64,000 nucleotides of DNA from an uncultured Fibrobacteria bacterium. GTDB lineage: Bacteria; Fibrobacterota; Fibrobacteria; UBA11236. Shown here piece after piece: positions 1-9,113 of this stretch. The stretch is from positions 2,400,001 to 2,464,000 of the forward strand of contig OY970309.1 of the NCBI GenBank assembly GCA_963716395.1. The letters run 5' to 3'. Every line of letters starts with the position of its first letter. The first letter of the stretch is position 1. The notes beneath the pieces are model-generated. The model worked only from the letters and a program-made list of their open reading frames with translations. It made no database searches and had not been told where the DNA came from. The position numbers were made by a program, and so were the translations under genes.

Positions 1-1750
1 TGCGTTCCTCTTCGGAACCCGACAGGCCGCCGAATTGGCCGAAGTCGCACCGCAACAGCAAGGCCTCGTAGCCCTGGATGGTTTCGGGTTTGACGCCGCG
101 CCCGGCCAGTGCCGATTTGGCCTCTTCCAGCGTGATGCCGCGGAATTCGACATTGGTGCAGTCGCTGGCGAATTCCATGGCGGCTTCCGACAAGGCGTGG
201 TAGAAGCTGCGCGCCTCGCCCGAACTCAGGGCCTGCTGCGCGGTTTTCAGGCGCCGCCGCAATTGTGCGTCGGCCCGGGAGCGCCGCTGCAGCGCGGCGT
301 CGGTGCGCAGGCGTTCGGAACGGCGGCGCAGCACCAAGGTGCCGGCAAAGGCCAGGGGCGGCAGGAGGAACAGCCCCGGGAACCAAAGATGGTGGTAGGG
401 GAGATCGCCCTGATCCTCCAGGGTTGCGTCGTCGGTTTTGATGTGGCGGATGTCCGATCCCAGTTCGGCGATTTCGCGCTGGGTCATGGCGCGTGCCAGC
501 GGCATTTCGCTCTCTTTGCCCGGCGCGATTTGCAAAGTGATGGGGCTGCCAGTGGCGCGCGCGTAAACGCCGCGATGCGGGTCGAAATAGGGAAATTCAA
601 TGTCTTGCAGATTATAGGTTCCCTGGCGATGCGGAATGAGCACGTATTTGAAGGTCTTCACCGTCCACAGGGTGTTACCCTCCAAAGTGGTGGTGGTGTT
701 TTCCTCCGGGTCATAGACTTCGAAGGCCGAAAGATCGGGAAGCACCGGCTTGGTGATCGACTTGGGTTGGCCGTTGCCGCGGATGGTCACGGTCAAGGTG
801 ATGGCGTCGCCGGCTGCCGCCGAGGTTTTGTCCACCGCTGCGGTGAGGCTGTAGGTACCCACCGATCCGGTGAACCCCGTGGGCGCGCCGTCGGGCAAAG
901 GCAACACCTCCATTTTCAGCGGTTCGGCCATGGCTTTCTGGTTCACGATGCGTGCGGCGCCGAAGAAATCGTCGTCGAACATGTCGAACAGCGATCCGGT
1001 TTGACGGCGCGGGGCGCGGCGCACCTGCTGGTATTCCACGGGAATGCCATCCAGGCTGGCCGGACCGGAGAGCAGCGGAAACAAGGCGATATGGATGTCG
1101 AAGACCTGTTCCGGTTGCCCGCCGATGGTCACGGTTTTGGGGGTCACGTTTTTTTCCAGGCGCTCGAAGTAAAATTTTTCGCCGATCAGCTTCTGCAAAT
1201 CCTCGGGCAAATTGATCGACTGCACGCCGGCCTTGGGGATGATGCGCAACGTGTACAGCACCTGTTCGCCCACGTACGCCTTGTTTCTGTTGAGCGTGGC
1301 CTGGGTGGTGAGGCCGGCTTCGGATTTGGCCACATTGACGGTGGCCGATCCCAAATCCTGGCTGAAATCTTTGTAAGTGTAGTGGATGGGACCGAGCGCG
1401 TAGCTGCCGGGCTTGGTCGCGGTGAGCGCGTAGACGAAATTGGTGACGTAATACTCGTTTTGGCTGACGTGGCCGTTTACGATGGTGGTTTGTGATCCCG
1501 AAGTGGTGGACGTGCTTTTGGAAACCTGAAACGGTTCCAAGCCCTGCACCTCGGGCCAGGGTAAATTCTCTTTTTTGTCCGCCGAAACCTGAACCGTGAG
1601 CTGAAAGCTTTCGCCGGTCATCACCTGGCTGCCGCTGAGCGACGCGCTGGCCGACAACACCGCGGCGTGCGCCGGCAAGGCCCCCAGCAATGCGGCGGCC
1701 GCGAACAAAACGCTACGGTATACGGGAGTCTTCGGGAGCGCGTCGTGCAT
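1..1750 (-). CDS. batD: BatD-family (oxygen tolerance) protein, runs off the left window edge
   Basis: Not in the ORF track. ATG at 1750 overlaps the upstream TGA (TGATG). Signal-peptide-like start, then LSASASLSGSQVMTGESFQLTVQVS, typical of BatD repeats; last visible gene of the MoxR-VWA operon. Confidence 0.8.
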   Translation of the reverse strand, partial: MHDALPKTPVYRSVLFAAAALLGALPAHAAVLSASASLSGSQVMTGESFQLTVQVSADKKENLPWPEVQGLEPFQVSKSTSTTSGSQTTIVNGHVSQNEYYVTNFVYALTATKPGSYALGPIHYTYKDFSQDLGSATVNVAKSEAGLTTQATLNRNKAYVGEQVLYTLRIIPKAGVQSINLPEDLQKLIGEKFYFERLEKNVTPKTVTIGGQPEQVFDIHIALFPLLSGPASLDGIPVEYQQVRRAPRRQTGSLFDMFDDDFFGAARIVNQKAMAEPLKMEVLPLPDGAPTGFTGSVGTYSLTAAVDKTSAAAGDAITLTVTIRGNGQPKSITKPVLPDLSAFEVYDPEENTTTTLEGNTLWTVKTFKYVLIPHRQGTYNLQDIEFPYFDPHRGVYARATGSPITLQIAPGKESEMPLARAMTQREIAELGSDIRHIKTDDATLEDQGDLPYHHLWFPGLFLLPPLAFAGTLVLRRRSERLRTDAALQRRSRADAQLRRRLKTAQQALSSGEARSFYHALSEAAMEFASDCTNVEFRGITLEEAKSALAGRGVKPETIQGYEALLLRCDFGQFGGLSGSEEER

Positions 1751-2355
1751 CACCAATCCTGCTCCACCTCGGGACGGGGATGTTGGGGCATGAGCCGTTG
1801 GCGCTGCTCTTGTTTTTCCGCGTCCTCAAAGGAATTTAACAATCGTTCCGCATCGGCTTTGCTCATTTCGCCGGGCTTGGGTTTTTCGTTTTCGTTTCCC
1901 GCGCCCGTATCGGCTTGGCCTGCATGGGCCGCTTCGGGCGGTTTTGTTCCGGAACTGTCCTGGGGAGATTTTTGCTTTTGGCCCGGTTGCTGCTTCGGAT
2001 TCTTTTCGCCGTTTTGTTTTTGATTCTGATTCTGCTGGTTTTGCGGATTCTGATCTGGCTTTTGGTTTTTCCCGTTCGGTTGTTTCGGGGAGTTCTGAGG
2101 TGGCTGGGAGCCGCCGCCGCTTTGGTTTTCGTCTTGGCGCTGCTGCTTTTGCATGCGGTGGAGCAATTCGTCGAGCATCTTGAGATGTTCGTCCTGCGGA
2201 TAGTGGCGCACGCCTTCGTCGGCTTTGATGACGGCTTCTTGCTGCCGCCCTGCCACATACAGATACGACGCGCCGTGAAAGTAATCGCCGGCGCTCTGGG
2301 CCGCGGCCAACGCGGCGGCGGGCAGGCAGCAGAGCAGCAGGGCGGCGGTTTTCAT
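1750..2355 (-). CDS. BatC C-terminal-like secreted protein (short helical head, Q/N/K/P-rich linker, conserved tail)
   Basis: Signal peptide; low-complexity linker; tail MSKADAERLLNSFEDAEKQEQ...EVEQDW resembles the BatC C-terminus; operon context. Confidence 0.7.
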   Translation of the reverse strand: MKTAALLLCCLPAAALAAAQSAGDYFHGASYLYVAGRQQEAVIKADEGVRHYPQDEHLKMLDELLHRMQKQQRQDENQSGGGSQPPQNSPKQPNGKNQKPDQNPQNQQNQNQKQNGEKNPKQQPGQKQKSPQDSSGTKPPEAAHAGQADTGAGNENEKPKPGEMSKADAERLLNSFEDAEKQEQRQRLMPQHPRPEVEQDW

Positions 2356-3272
2356 ATCACGCCCGTCCCATTCTGTTGCGCGCGCGGATCCCCCTGCAGG
2401 GGCACGGCCGGCTTTTGGCCCTTCAATATTTTGGAGATGTCATCCAGACGTTGCAAATAGCTCTGGAACGAGGCCGCGGTCGCATCGTCGCGCAAAATGT
2501 TTTCCAGCACGGTTTTGGCGTCGTCATAACGCTGCCATTGGGTCAGTTGCAAGGCCCGGGCCAGCGCCTCTTGGGCGCGTTGATCGGGCTCGGGCGGTTT
2601 TTTATGCGCGCCGGAGTTTTGCTGCTGCTGTTGCTGGCGCTTCAACAACTCCTTGAGGCGCGCCTGCACTACTTCGATGTTGCGCTTGGCGTCGCGGTTG
2701 TCGGGTTGAAGTTCCAACGACTTTTTGTAATGCGCCAGGGCGTCGCGGTAATCCGAAATCCCCTCCTGGCGGCCGGCTTGCAATTCGGCTTCGCCCTTGC
2801 GGAAATGCGCGTTGCCGAGATTGTAATAGGCCTTGGCCGTGAGTTTCGCGTCGCGGCCGGACAGGGCCTTGGTGTAGGCCGCGATGGCGTCGTCGTAACG
2901 CTTCTGGCGGTAATCGGCGTCGCCCATGTCATAGGCCAGAATCTGCGACCCGGGTTGGTCGAGCGCGGCTTCGGCGTATTTTTGCAGCGCTTGATCATAA
3001 TCTTTGCGGCGGTAGGCGCGGTTGGCCTGCTCGGCCGCCGAACCCTGCAGTCCCAGCGAGCGCAGAATGCGGGTGAACAGCCCCGGGCCGTGTTCGGGAA
3101 CGTTGTACTTGGATAAAAGGTCGGCGCTGGTCCCGACCGGAGCGGTTGTGTCGACGCCGGGTGCGCTTGGCGTCGGGGCGGCGGTATCGTCGGCCGCCGG
3201 TAAATGCGTGATCAGGCCGAAAAGCACCAGGGCTACGGCGGCTCCTCCGCCCAACCAGCGATGGCCCGTCAT
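2352..3272 (-). CDS. BatC-like TPR protein
   Basis: TPR motifs (AYYNLGNAHFRKG; YKKSLELQPDNRDAKRNIE); signal peptide; follows batB with a 4-nt overlap. Confidence 0.8.
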   Translation of the reverse strand: MTGHRWLGGGAAVALVLFGLITHLPAADDTAAPTPSAPGVDTTAPVGTSADLLSKYNVPEHGPGLFTRILRSLGLQGSAAEQANRAYRRKDYDQALQKYAEAALDQPGSQILAYDMGDADYRQKRYDDAIAAYTKALSGRDAKLTAKAYYNLGNAHFRKGEAELQAGRQEGISDYRDALAHYKKSLELQPDNRDAKRNIEVVQARLKELLKRQQQQQQNSGAHKKPPEPDQRAQEALARALQLTQWQRYDDAKTVLENILRDDATAASFQSYLQRLDDISKILKGQKPAVPLQGDPRAQQNGTGVI

Positions 3273-4294
3273 TGGAAGCGCCCCTTCCAGTCGCGCTTGC
3301 GCCGGCGGCGATCCGAAATCAGCATTTCGGCCACGAGCAGCAGCACGGCCATAGCCAGCGGATATTGAAAGCGCTCTTCGTAACGGGTGAAACGCTCCGA
3401 ATCCAATTCGCGTTTTTTCCGTGCGTTGATCTGCTTGAGCACGTCCTGCAATTCGAAATGCCCCTGTTCGGCATGGTAGAACTTGCCATCGGTGGTCAAG
3501 GCGATCTTCTCGAGCAGTTCGGGATCCATGCGCGTCATGACGATGTTGCCCTGCGAATCCTTTTTGTACTCCACCTGCCCGTCGGGACCGGTGATGGGAA
3601 TGGGAACACCCGTGGCCGAGCCGATGCCCACGGTGTAAATCGTCACGCCCTGCCGCGCCGCCTCTTCGGCGGCTTTTTCGGCGCGCCCGCTGTGATCCTC
3701 GCCGTCGGTCAACAGCACCAGCACGCGGTATTTCCGGTCGTTCTGATCAAAGGCTTTCAGCGAAGTTTCGATGGCCGCGCCGAGGTCGGTGCCGGGCACC
3801 GGGATGAGGCTGGGATCGAGCACGTCCAAGAAAATACGGAAGGCGCCGTAATCGGAGGTCAGCGGGCATTCGAGATAGGCTTCGCCCGCGAAGGCCACGA
3901 GCGCCACGCGATCGCCGGCCAATTCATCCACGAAGCGCTCCACCTCCTGCTTGCAACGGGCCATGCGGCTGGGCTTGATGTCTTCGGCCTCCATCGACAG
4001 CGACACGTCCACGGCCACCACCACGTCGAGCCCGCGCCGTTTCATCATTTCCATCTTGGTGCCCCATTGTGGACGCGTCAGCCCCAGCACCAGAAATCCG
4101 ATGGCGGCCAGCAGCAGGGCCATTTTTAGGATTTGCCGCGCCGTGGAGGTTCCAGCCACCATGCGGCGCAGCATTTCGGTTTCGGCGAAGCGCCGCAGGA
4201 GCGCCGACTTGCGCCAGAAAGCCCAGGCGAAGAACGCGCCGAGCGCCGGCACCAGCAGCAACAACCAGAAGAACAGGGGCGATCCGAAGCGCAT
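3269..4294 (-). CDS. batB: VWA-domain protein BatB
   Basis: Start placed at MRFGSP (4294). N-terminal TM segments, RPQWG, MIDAS DVSLS, LLTDGEDH, C-terminal TM. Confidence 0.9.
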   Translation of the reverse strand: MRFGSPLFFWLLLLVPALGAFFAWAFWRKSALLRRFAETEMLRRMVAGTSTARQILKMALLLAAIGFLVLGLTRPQWGTKMEMMKRRGLDVVVAVDVSLSMEAEDIKPSRMARCKQEVERFVDELAGDRVALVAFAGEAYLECPLTSDYGAFRIFLDVLDPSLIPVPGTDLGAAIETSLKAFDQNDRKYRVLVLLTDGEDHSGRAEKAAEEAARQGVTIYTVGIGSATGVPIPITGPDGQVEYKKDSQGNIVMTRMDPELLEKIALTTDGKFYHAEQGHFELQDVLKQINARKKRELDSERFTRYEERFQYPLAMAVLLLVAEMLISDRRRRKRDWKGRFQ

Positions 4295-4295
4295 G

Positions 4296-5294
4296 CTAGG
4301 GCACCTTGCGGAAACGGGTGTGGGCCAGCAGGATTTCCAGGAGCAGCAGCGCCAGCGCAACGTAGGCCAAGGCCATGAACAATTCGCGGTAGCGGGAATA
4401 ATGCGTGGTTTCGACCTTGGATTTCTCCAGTTTGTCAATGGTCTGATAAATATCGGACAGGGTTTTGGTGCTCTGCGCGCGGTAGAACTTGCCTCCGGTC
4501 ATGGAGGCGATTTGCGTGAGCATACCCACGTCGACGTCGGTTTTGATGGCCACGATGCGCTTGCCGAAATAGGGATCGTCGACCTCGATGGGCTGTTCGC
4601 CGGTTTTGCCCACGCCGATGGTGTAAATCTTGATACCCAGTGCCTGGGCCGCGCGCGCCGCGGTCAGTGGGTCGACTTCGCCCGCGTTGTTCTCGCCGTC
4701 GGTGAGCAGAATCATGATCTTGCTTTTGGCGTGCGATTCGCGCAGGCGGTTGACGCCGTTGAGAATGGCCGTGCCGATGGCCGTGCCGTCCGGCATGTTC
4801 CCCGGATCGGCCTGCCGCAGCAATTGGATCAGCACGTTGTAATCCAGGGTCAGCGGGCATTGGGTGTAGCTTTCGCCGGCGAACACCACCAGGCCGATGC
4901 GATCGTGGTTGCGCCCCAGAATGAAATGTTCGATCACGTCTTTGGCCGACTCGATGCGGTTCTTGGGTTTGAAGTCCATGGTCTTCATCGAACCCGAGAG
5001 ATCCAGGAGCAGCATGATGTCGATGCCCTGGGCGCTGATCTCCTCCAGGGTTTCGCCCCATTGCGGCCGTGCCAAGGCTACGATGAGCAAGGTCAGGGCC
5101 GCCAGCCGCAACACCAACAGGACATGGCGCAGGCGATACGCCGCGCCCGCGGGCATGCGCTTGACCACGGCCAGCGAGGGAAAGCGGATGCTGGCGCGGC
5201 GCCGGCCCTGGCGCCGGAAATAATCCCAGGCCAGCCAGGGAATCAAGGCCAGCAAGACGAACGCCCACGGGGTTTGAAAATGCGGCCAACTCAT
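4296..5294 (-). CDS. batA: VWA-domain protein BatA
   Basis: Start placed at MSWPHF (5294). ALARPQ, MIDAS DLSGS, PLTLDY, LLTDGENN, C-terminal TM. Confidence 0.9.
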   Translation of the reverse strand: MSWPHFQTPWAFVLLALIPWLAWDYFRRQGRRRASIRFPSLAVVKRMPAGAAYRLRHVLLVLRLAALTLLIVALARPQWGETLEEISAQGIDIMLLLDLSGSMKTMDFKPKNRIESAKDVIEHFILGRNHDRIGLVVFAGESYTQCPLTLDYNVLIQLLRQADPGNMPDGTAIGTAILNGVNRLRESHAKSKIMILLTDGENNAGEVDPLTAARAAQALGIKIYTIGVGKTGEQPIEVDDPYFGKRIVAIKTDVDVGMLTQIASMTGGKFYRAQSTKTLSDIYQTIDKLEKSKVETTHYSRYRELFMALAYVALALLLLEILLAHTRFRKVP

Positions 5295-6232
5295 TGTGCC
5301 TGGGGTTCTCCCGCCGCGGGAGCGGCTGCCGGCGCGGGCCGCGTCTGCCCCACGAAGGCCGTGGTTTCCTGCACCAGCCGTTCGCAATCGCTTTCCAGCA
5401 GGGCGCCCGTGGCGTATTTGACCTGATCCAGGGCGTCACAGCAGGTCCGCAGCCAGTCGCGCTGGGCCGGCGTCAGCGGCAGGGGCCGCGCCCGTTCGAG
5501 CAATTCCGCGGTGGTCGACTCGAGGGCGTCGATTTGATAGCGCCGGCCGACATAGGTGCGCAATATTTCCGAGAGCAGAAAGGCGAATTCGCGCGCCCGG
5601 TTCTGGCGGATGAGCTGCACCGCGTTGACACCGCGCAGGCGCTCCATCGCCTCTTCGTACGGCGGTAACCGCGGAGTTTCGGGCCGTGAGGCGGCCCGGC
5701 GCCGCCAGCGGCGCCACACAAACCAGCCGGCTGCGAGCAACACGGCCAGACCCAGGCCGATGGCGCCCCAGGGCGGCGGTTCGGGCAGGTCGGCCACATC
5801 GGCGATATCGGCGATGTCTTTTTCGGTTGCGGGCGAGGTACGCTTGACCTGGATGGCGGTGGGCTGCGTGTACAGCACCAGGGCCGCGGTATCCTGACCG
5901 GCGCGGTATTCGACCCGCTGGGGCGGCAAGGTGTAGTCGCCCACGGTGAAGGTCGACAGGGTGAAGGAATAGGTCGTGACGGTGCGGCCGTCGGGGGCCT
6001 TGCTGTTCTGGGTGGAGTAATCCTTGACTTCGAAGGCGCCGAGATTTCCCAGCACTTCGGGCAAGCTCACATGTCCCGAGTCGGGATAGGTTACCGCGAT
6101 GTCGTAATGCAGGCGGTCGCCGATGGTGATGGACGAGCGATCGACGCGCGACGTCACCTCCACGTTGCCGGCGGGCGCGGCGGCGCCTCCGGCCGCCCAC
6201 ATGAGGCAGAACAGGCCGAGGGCCCGAATCAC
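5291..6232 (-). CDS. BatD-like domain + TM + helical C-terminal protein (DUF4381-like, MoxR-associated)
   Basis: GTG at 6232 overlaps the upstream stop. Signal peptide, VDRSSITIGDRLHY beta domain, TM, then LSEILRTYVGRRYQIDALESTTAEL. Confidence 0.7.
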   Translation of the reverse strand: MIRALGLFCLMWAAGGAAAPAGNVEVTSRVDRSSITIGDRLHYDIAVTYPDSGHVSLPEVLGNLGAFEVKDYSTQNSKAPDGRTVTTYSFTLSTFTVGDYTLPPQRVEYRAGQDTAALVLYTQPTAIQVKRTSPATEKDIADIADVADLPEPPPWGAIGLGLAVLLAAGWFVWRRWRRRAASRPETPRLPPYEEAMERLRGVNAVQLIRQNRAREFAFLLSEILRTYVGRRYQIDALESTTAELLERARPLPLTPAQRDWLRTCCDALDQVKYATGALLESDCERLVQETTAFVGQTRPAPAAAPAAGEPQAQ

Positions 6233-7149
6233 GAACCGCCTCCCGCCCCGGCGCCGTAAAATTTCACCTGCGCGGACTGCATGAGTTTCTGCACCAGCGC
6301 GACATAGGCGTCGGCCTGTTTCTCGCGCGCCCAGTCGGCGCGCACCTTGGGGAGCAGTTGCTCGAAGGTCGACCCGCTGTCGGCACCGTGTTGGTAGCGG
6401 GCCTGGTTGGCCTCGTAGTAATAGCGCAAATCGTTTGGCTGCGGCGGCGGAATCTTGAGATCCTGCCGCACGGCGGCTTGCGCCAGAATTTGGGTTTCGG
6501 CGAGATCGAGCAATTGCTTGACGTCGCTTTGCTCGGCCAGACCGGCGCGCCGCGCCGATTGGGCCAGCAGCAGTTGCCCGATATACTGGCGGATGGCCTG
6601 CGCCTGTTCCACCGGCGCCTCCGGCAGCTTGCCGCCCAGGGCGGTGGCCACTTCGCCGGCCGTGATTTTGCGGCCGTTCACTTCGGCCACCACGGCCCCG
6701 GAGCCGGCGGCCACGGTGGAATCGCCGGGAAGTTTGGTGAGCGAGGAGAGCGCCTGGCTGGCGTCGGAACTGCGACCCTGGTCTTCGAGGCAGGCCACCA
6801 TGCGCCGGCCCAGATCGGGCGCAAAGGCCTGATTGGGATACAAGGCCTTCACCAAAGTGAATTCGGCCAGTGCGCCTTCGGTATTCTTGAGGTTGTCCTG
6901 ATCGATCACGCCGATCTGATACAGCACCTTGGGCACGTCCGCGGGCGGAATCACCGGCGACGCCAGATAGGCGCGGTACAACGCGACGGCTTCCTGGTAG
7001 AGTTGCTGCTGGTACAGCGCCGTGGCGCCGGTGCGGTACTGCTCGCGCGTAAAGCCCGAAGCAGTTCCGGTTTCGCGGCACGCGGCGAGCGCCGCGGCGG
7101 CGGCCAGCGCCAGCCACCCGATGGCGGGAATGCGTTTCCGATCACCCAC
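6229..7149 (-). CDS. Lipoprotein with TPR repeats and SurA/PrsA N-terminal-like chaperone domain
   Basis: Lipobox LAAC; TPR-like helices; VVAEVNGRKIT and DLRYYYEANQARY resemble foldase N-domains. Confidence 0.65.
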   Translation of the reverse strand: MGDRKRIPAIGWLALAAAAALAACRETGTASGFTREQYRTGATALYQQQLYQEAVALYRAYLASPVIPPADVPKVLYQIGVIDQDNLKNTEGALAEFTLVKALYPNQAFAPDLGRRMVACLEDQGRSSDASQALSSLTKLPGDSTVAAGSGAVVAEVNGRKITAGEVATALGGKLPEAPVEQAQAIRQYIGQLLLAQSARRAGLAEQSDVKQLLDLAETQILAQAAVRQDLKIPPPQPNDLRYYYEANQARYQHGADSGSTFEQLLPKVRADWAREKQADAYVALVQKLMQSAQVKFYGAGAGGGS

Positions 7150-8029
7150 GGTTCCTGGCCCTTTTGCGGAAGTAGTCGATGAGGGGTTGGATGGTGTCGT
7201 CGTAATCGGGTCGGATCAACACCTCCACGAAGTCGGTGCCCATGCGCCGGAACAACCGGCGCAGATGCACGCCCTCTTTCTGCACCTCGTCGCGGAAGGT
7301 GGTGCGGAATTCCGCACTGCCGGTATCGACCAGCACCACTTCGCCGGTTTCGGCGTCTTCGAGTTCGAGAAACCCCATGTCGGGCAATTCGCGTTCGCGC
7401 GGGTCGACCACGGTGATGGCCACGGCGTCATGCCGCTGCTGCAAGAGATTCATGGGCCGCTCGAAATCGCCGGTGGCGAAATCCGAGACGATGAAGACCA
7501 CGGCGCGGCGCTTGAGCAGACGGTTCACCTGTTCCAGGGCCACCGACAGGTTGGTGCCTTTTTCTTCGGGGCGGTGGTACAGCAACTCGCGGATGACGCG
7601 CAACACGTGCTTCTTGCCCTTTTGCGGCGGAATGAATTTCTCGACCTTGGAAGTGAAAATGAGCAGGCCCACGCGATCATTGTTCTTGATGGCCGAAAAC
7701 GCCAGCAAGGCGCTCAAAGTGGCCATCACCTCGCCTTTCATTTCTTTCTGGCTGCCGAATTCTCCCGAGGACGAAGCATCGACCACGAGCAGCACCGTCA
7801 GTTCGCGCTCTTCCACATATTTCTTGACGAACGGGTGCCCCTGGCGCGCGGTGACATTCCAGTCGATGGTGCGGATTTCATCGCCGGGCACGTATTCGCG
7901 CACTTCGGCGAACTCCATGCCGCGTCCCTTGAAGGACGAGGAATAGGCGCCCGACAACACCGAATTCACCGCGCTGCGGGTGCGGATTTCGATGTTGCGA
8001 ACCTTGCGGAGGATTTCAGCGGGGATCAT
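7142..8029 (-). CDS. DUF58 family protein
   Basis: Start placed at MIPAEIL (8029). GRGMEFAEVREYVPGDEIRTIDWNVTAR signature. Confidence 0.92.
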   Translation of the reverse strand: MIPAEILRKVRNIEIRTRSAVNSVLSGAYSSSFKGRGMEFAEVREYVPGDEIRTIDWNVTARQGHPFVKKYVEERELTVLLVVDASSSGEFGSQKEMKGEVMATLSALLAFSAIKNNDRVGLLIFTSKVEKFIPPQKGKKHVLRVIRELLYHRPEEKGTNLSVALEQVNRLLKRRAVVFIVSDFATGDFERPMNLLQQRHDAVAITVVDPRERELPDMGFLELEDAETGEVVLVDTGSAEFRTTFRDEVQKEGVHLRRLFRRMGTDFVEVLIRPDYDDTIQPLIDYFRKRARNRG

Positions 8030-8114
8030 GGCGAAGCGCGCAACGTGCCGGGGGCAGATCGCCAGGGTCGAGGCGAATGTGAAAGAAGAACGGTTGCCGG
8101 CAACGTGATTTTCT

Positions 8115-9113
8115 TCACGGCACTTCCACGTGATCGAATACGCGCTGCACCACGTTTTCGGGTTTGACCTCCTCGGCTTCGGCCTCATAACTCAGAATCA
8201 CGCGGTGGCGCATCACATCCATGCCCACGGCCTTGACGTCTTCGGGAGTGACGAAGCCCCGGCCCCGCAGCAGGGCATGCGCCTTAGAGGCCTTGGCCAG
8301 GCTGATGCTGGTGCGGGGCGAAGCGCCGTATTCGATGAGGTTGCCGAGATCCGGGATGCCCGCACCCGCGGGATCACGCGTGGCCGCCACCAGGTTCACG
8401 ATGTAGTCGAGGATCTTGTCGTCCATGTAGATGTCGTTCACCAATTGCCGGCATTTGAGCAAATCGTCTTCGGTGGCGATGCGCATGGCGGCGTGCAAGC
8501 CCTGGCCCGAAACGAGATTCACGATGGCCTTCTCCTCTTCTTTGGTAGGATAGCTGAGCACCACCTTGAGCATGAAGCGATCGACCTGGGCTTCGGGCAG
8601 GGGATAGGTGCCTTCCTGCTCCAGCGGGTTTTGCGTGGCCAGCACCAGGAACAGATGCGGCAACTCATAGGTGGTGTCGCCCAATGTCACATGCTTCTCT
8701 TGCATGGCTTCGAGCAGCGCCGATTGCACCTTGGAGGGGGCGCGGTTGATTTCGTCGGCCAGAATGATGTTGGCGAAAATGGGCCCGCGTTTGACGTGGA
8801 AGTCGCCGCTTTTGGGGTTGAACACCATGGTGCCGATCAAATCGGCGGGCAAGAGGTCGGGGGTGAACTGGATGCGGCTGAAGTGGGCGGAGATGGACGC
8901 GGCCAGCGCCTTGACCGCCGTGGTTTTGGCCAAGCCCGGCACGCCTTCGAGCAGCACGTGGCCGTCGGCCAAAAGCCCGATGAGCAGGCTTTCGAGCATG
9001 CGTTTCTGGCCCACCACCGTGCGGCTGATTTCATCGAGCACCTTGCGCAGAAAGGCGCCTTCTTGGCGAACGCGTTCGGTGAGGGCTTGCATGTCGACAG
9101 GCGGATTGGTCAT
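8115..9113 (-). CDS. moxR: MoxR family AAA+ ATPase
   Basis: GHVLLEGVPGLAKT, RIQFTPDLLPAD, DEINRA, ATQNPLEQEGTYPLPEAQVDRF. Confidence 0.96.
   Translation of the reverse strand: MTNPPVDMQALTERVRQEGAFLRKVLDEISRTVVGQKRMLESLLIGLLADGHVLLEGVPGLAKTTAVKALAASISAHFSRIQFTPDLLPADLIGTMVFNPKSGDFHVKRGPIFANIILADEINRAPSKVQSALLEAMQEKHVTLGDTTYELPHLFLVLATQNPLEQEGTYPLPEAQVDRFMLKVVLSYPTKEEEKAIVNLVSGQGLHAAMRIATEDDLLKCRQLVNDIYMDDKILDYIVNLVAATRDPAGAGIPDLGNLIEYGASPRTSISLAKASKAHALLRGRGFVTPEDVKAVGMDVMRHRVILSYEAEAEEVKPENVVQRVFDHVEVP

Noticed and set aside
35-1495. 486-aa plus-strand ORF and many other long antisense or alternate-frame ORFs
   Set aside because: These are shadows of real genes in high-GC DNA; the opposite strand carries recognisable motifs (here BatD).
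1930-2150. T-rich repetitive-looking tract
   Set aside because: It encodes the Q/N/K/P low-complexity linker of the BatC-like protein; it is not a DNA repeat array.
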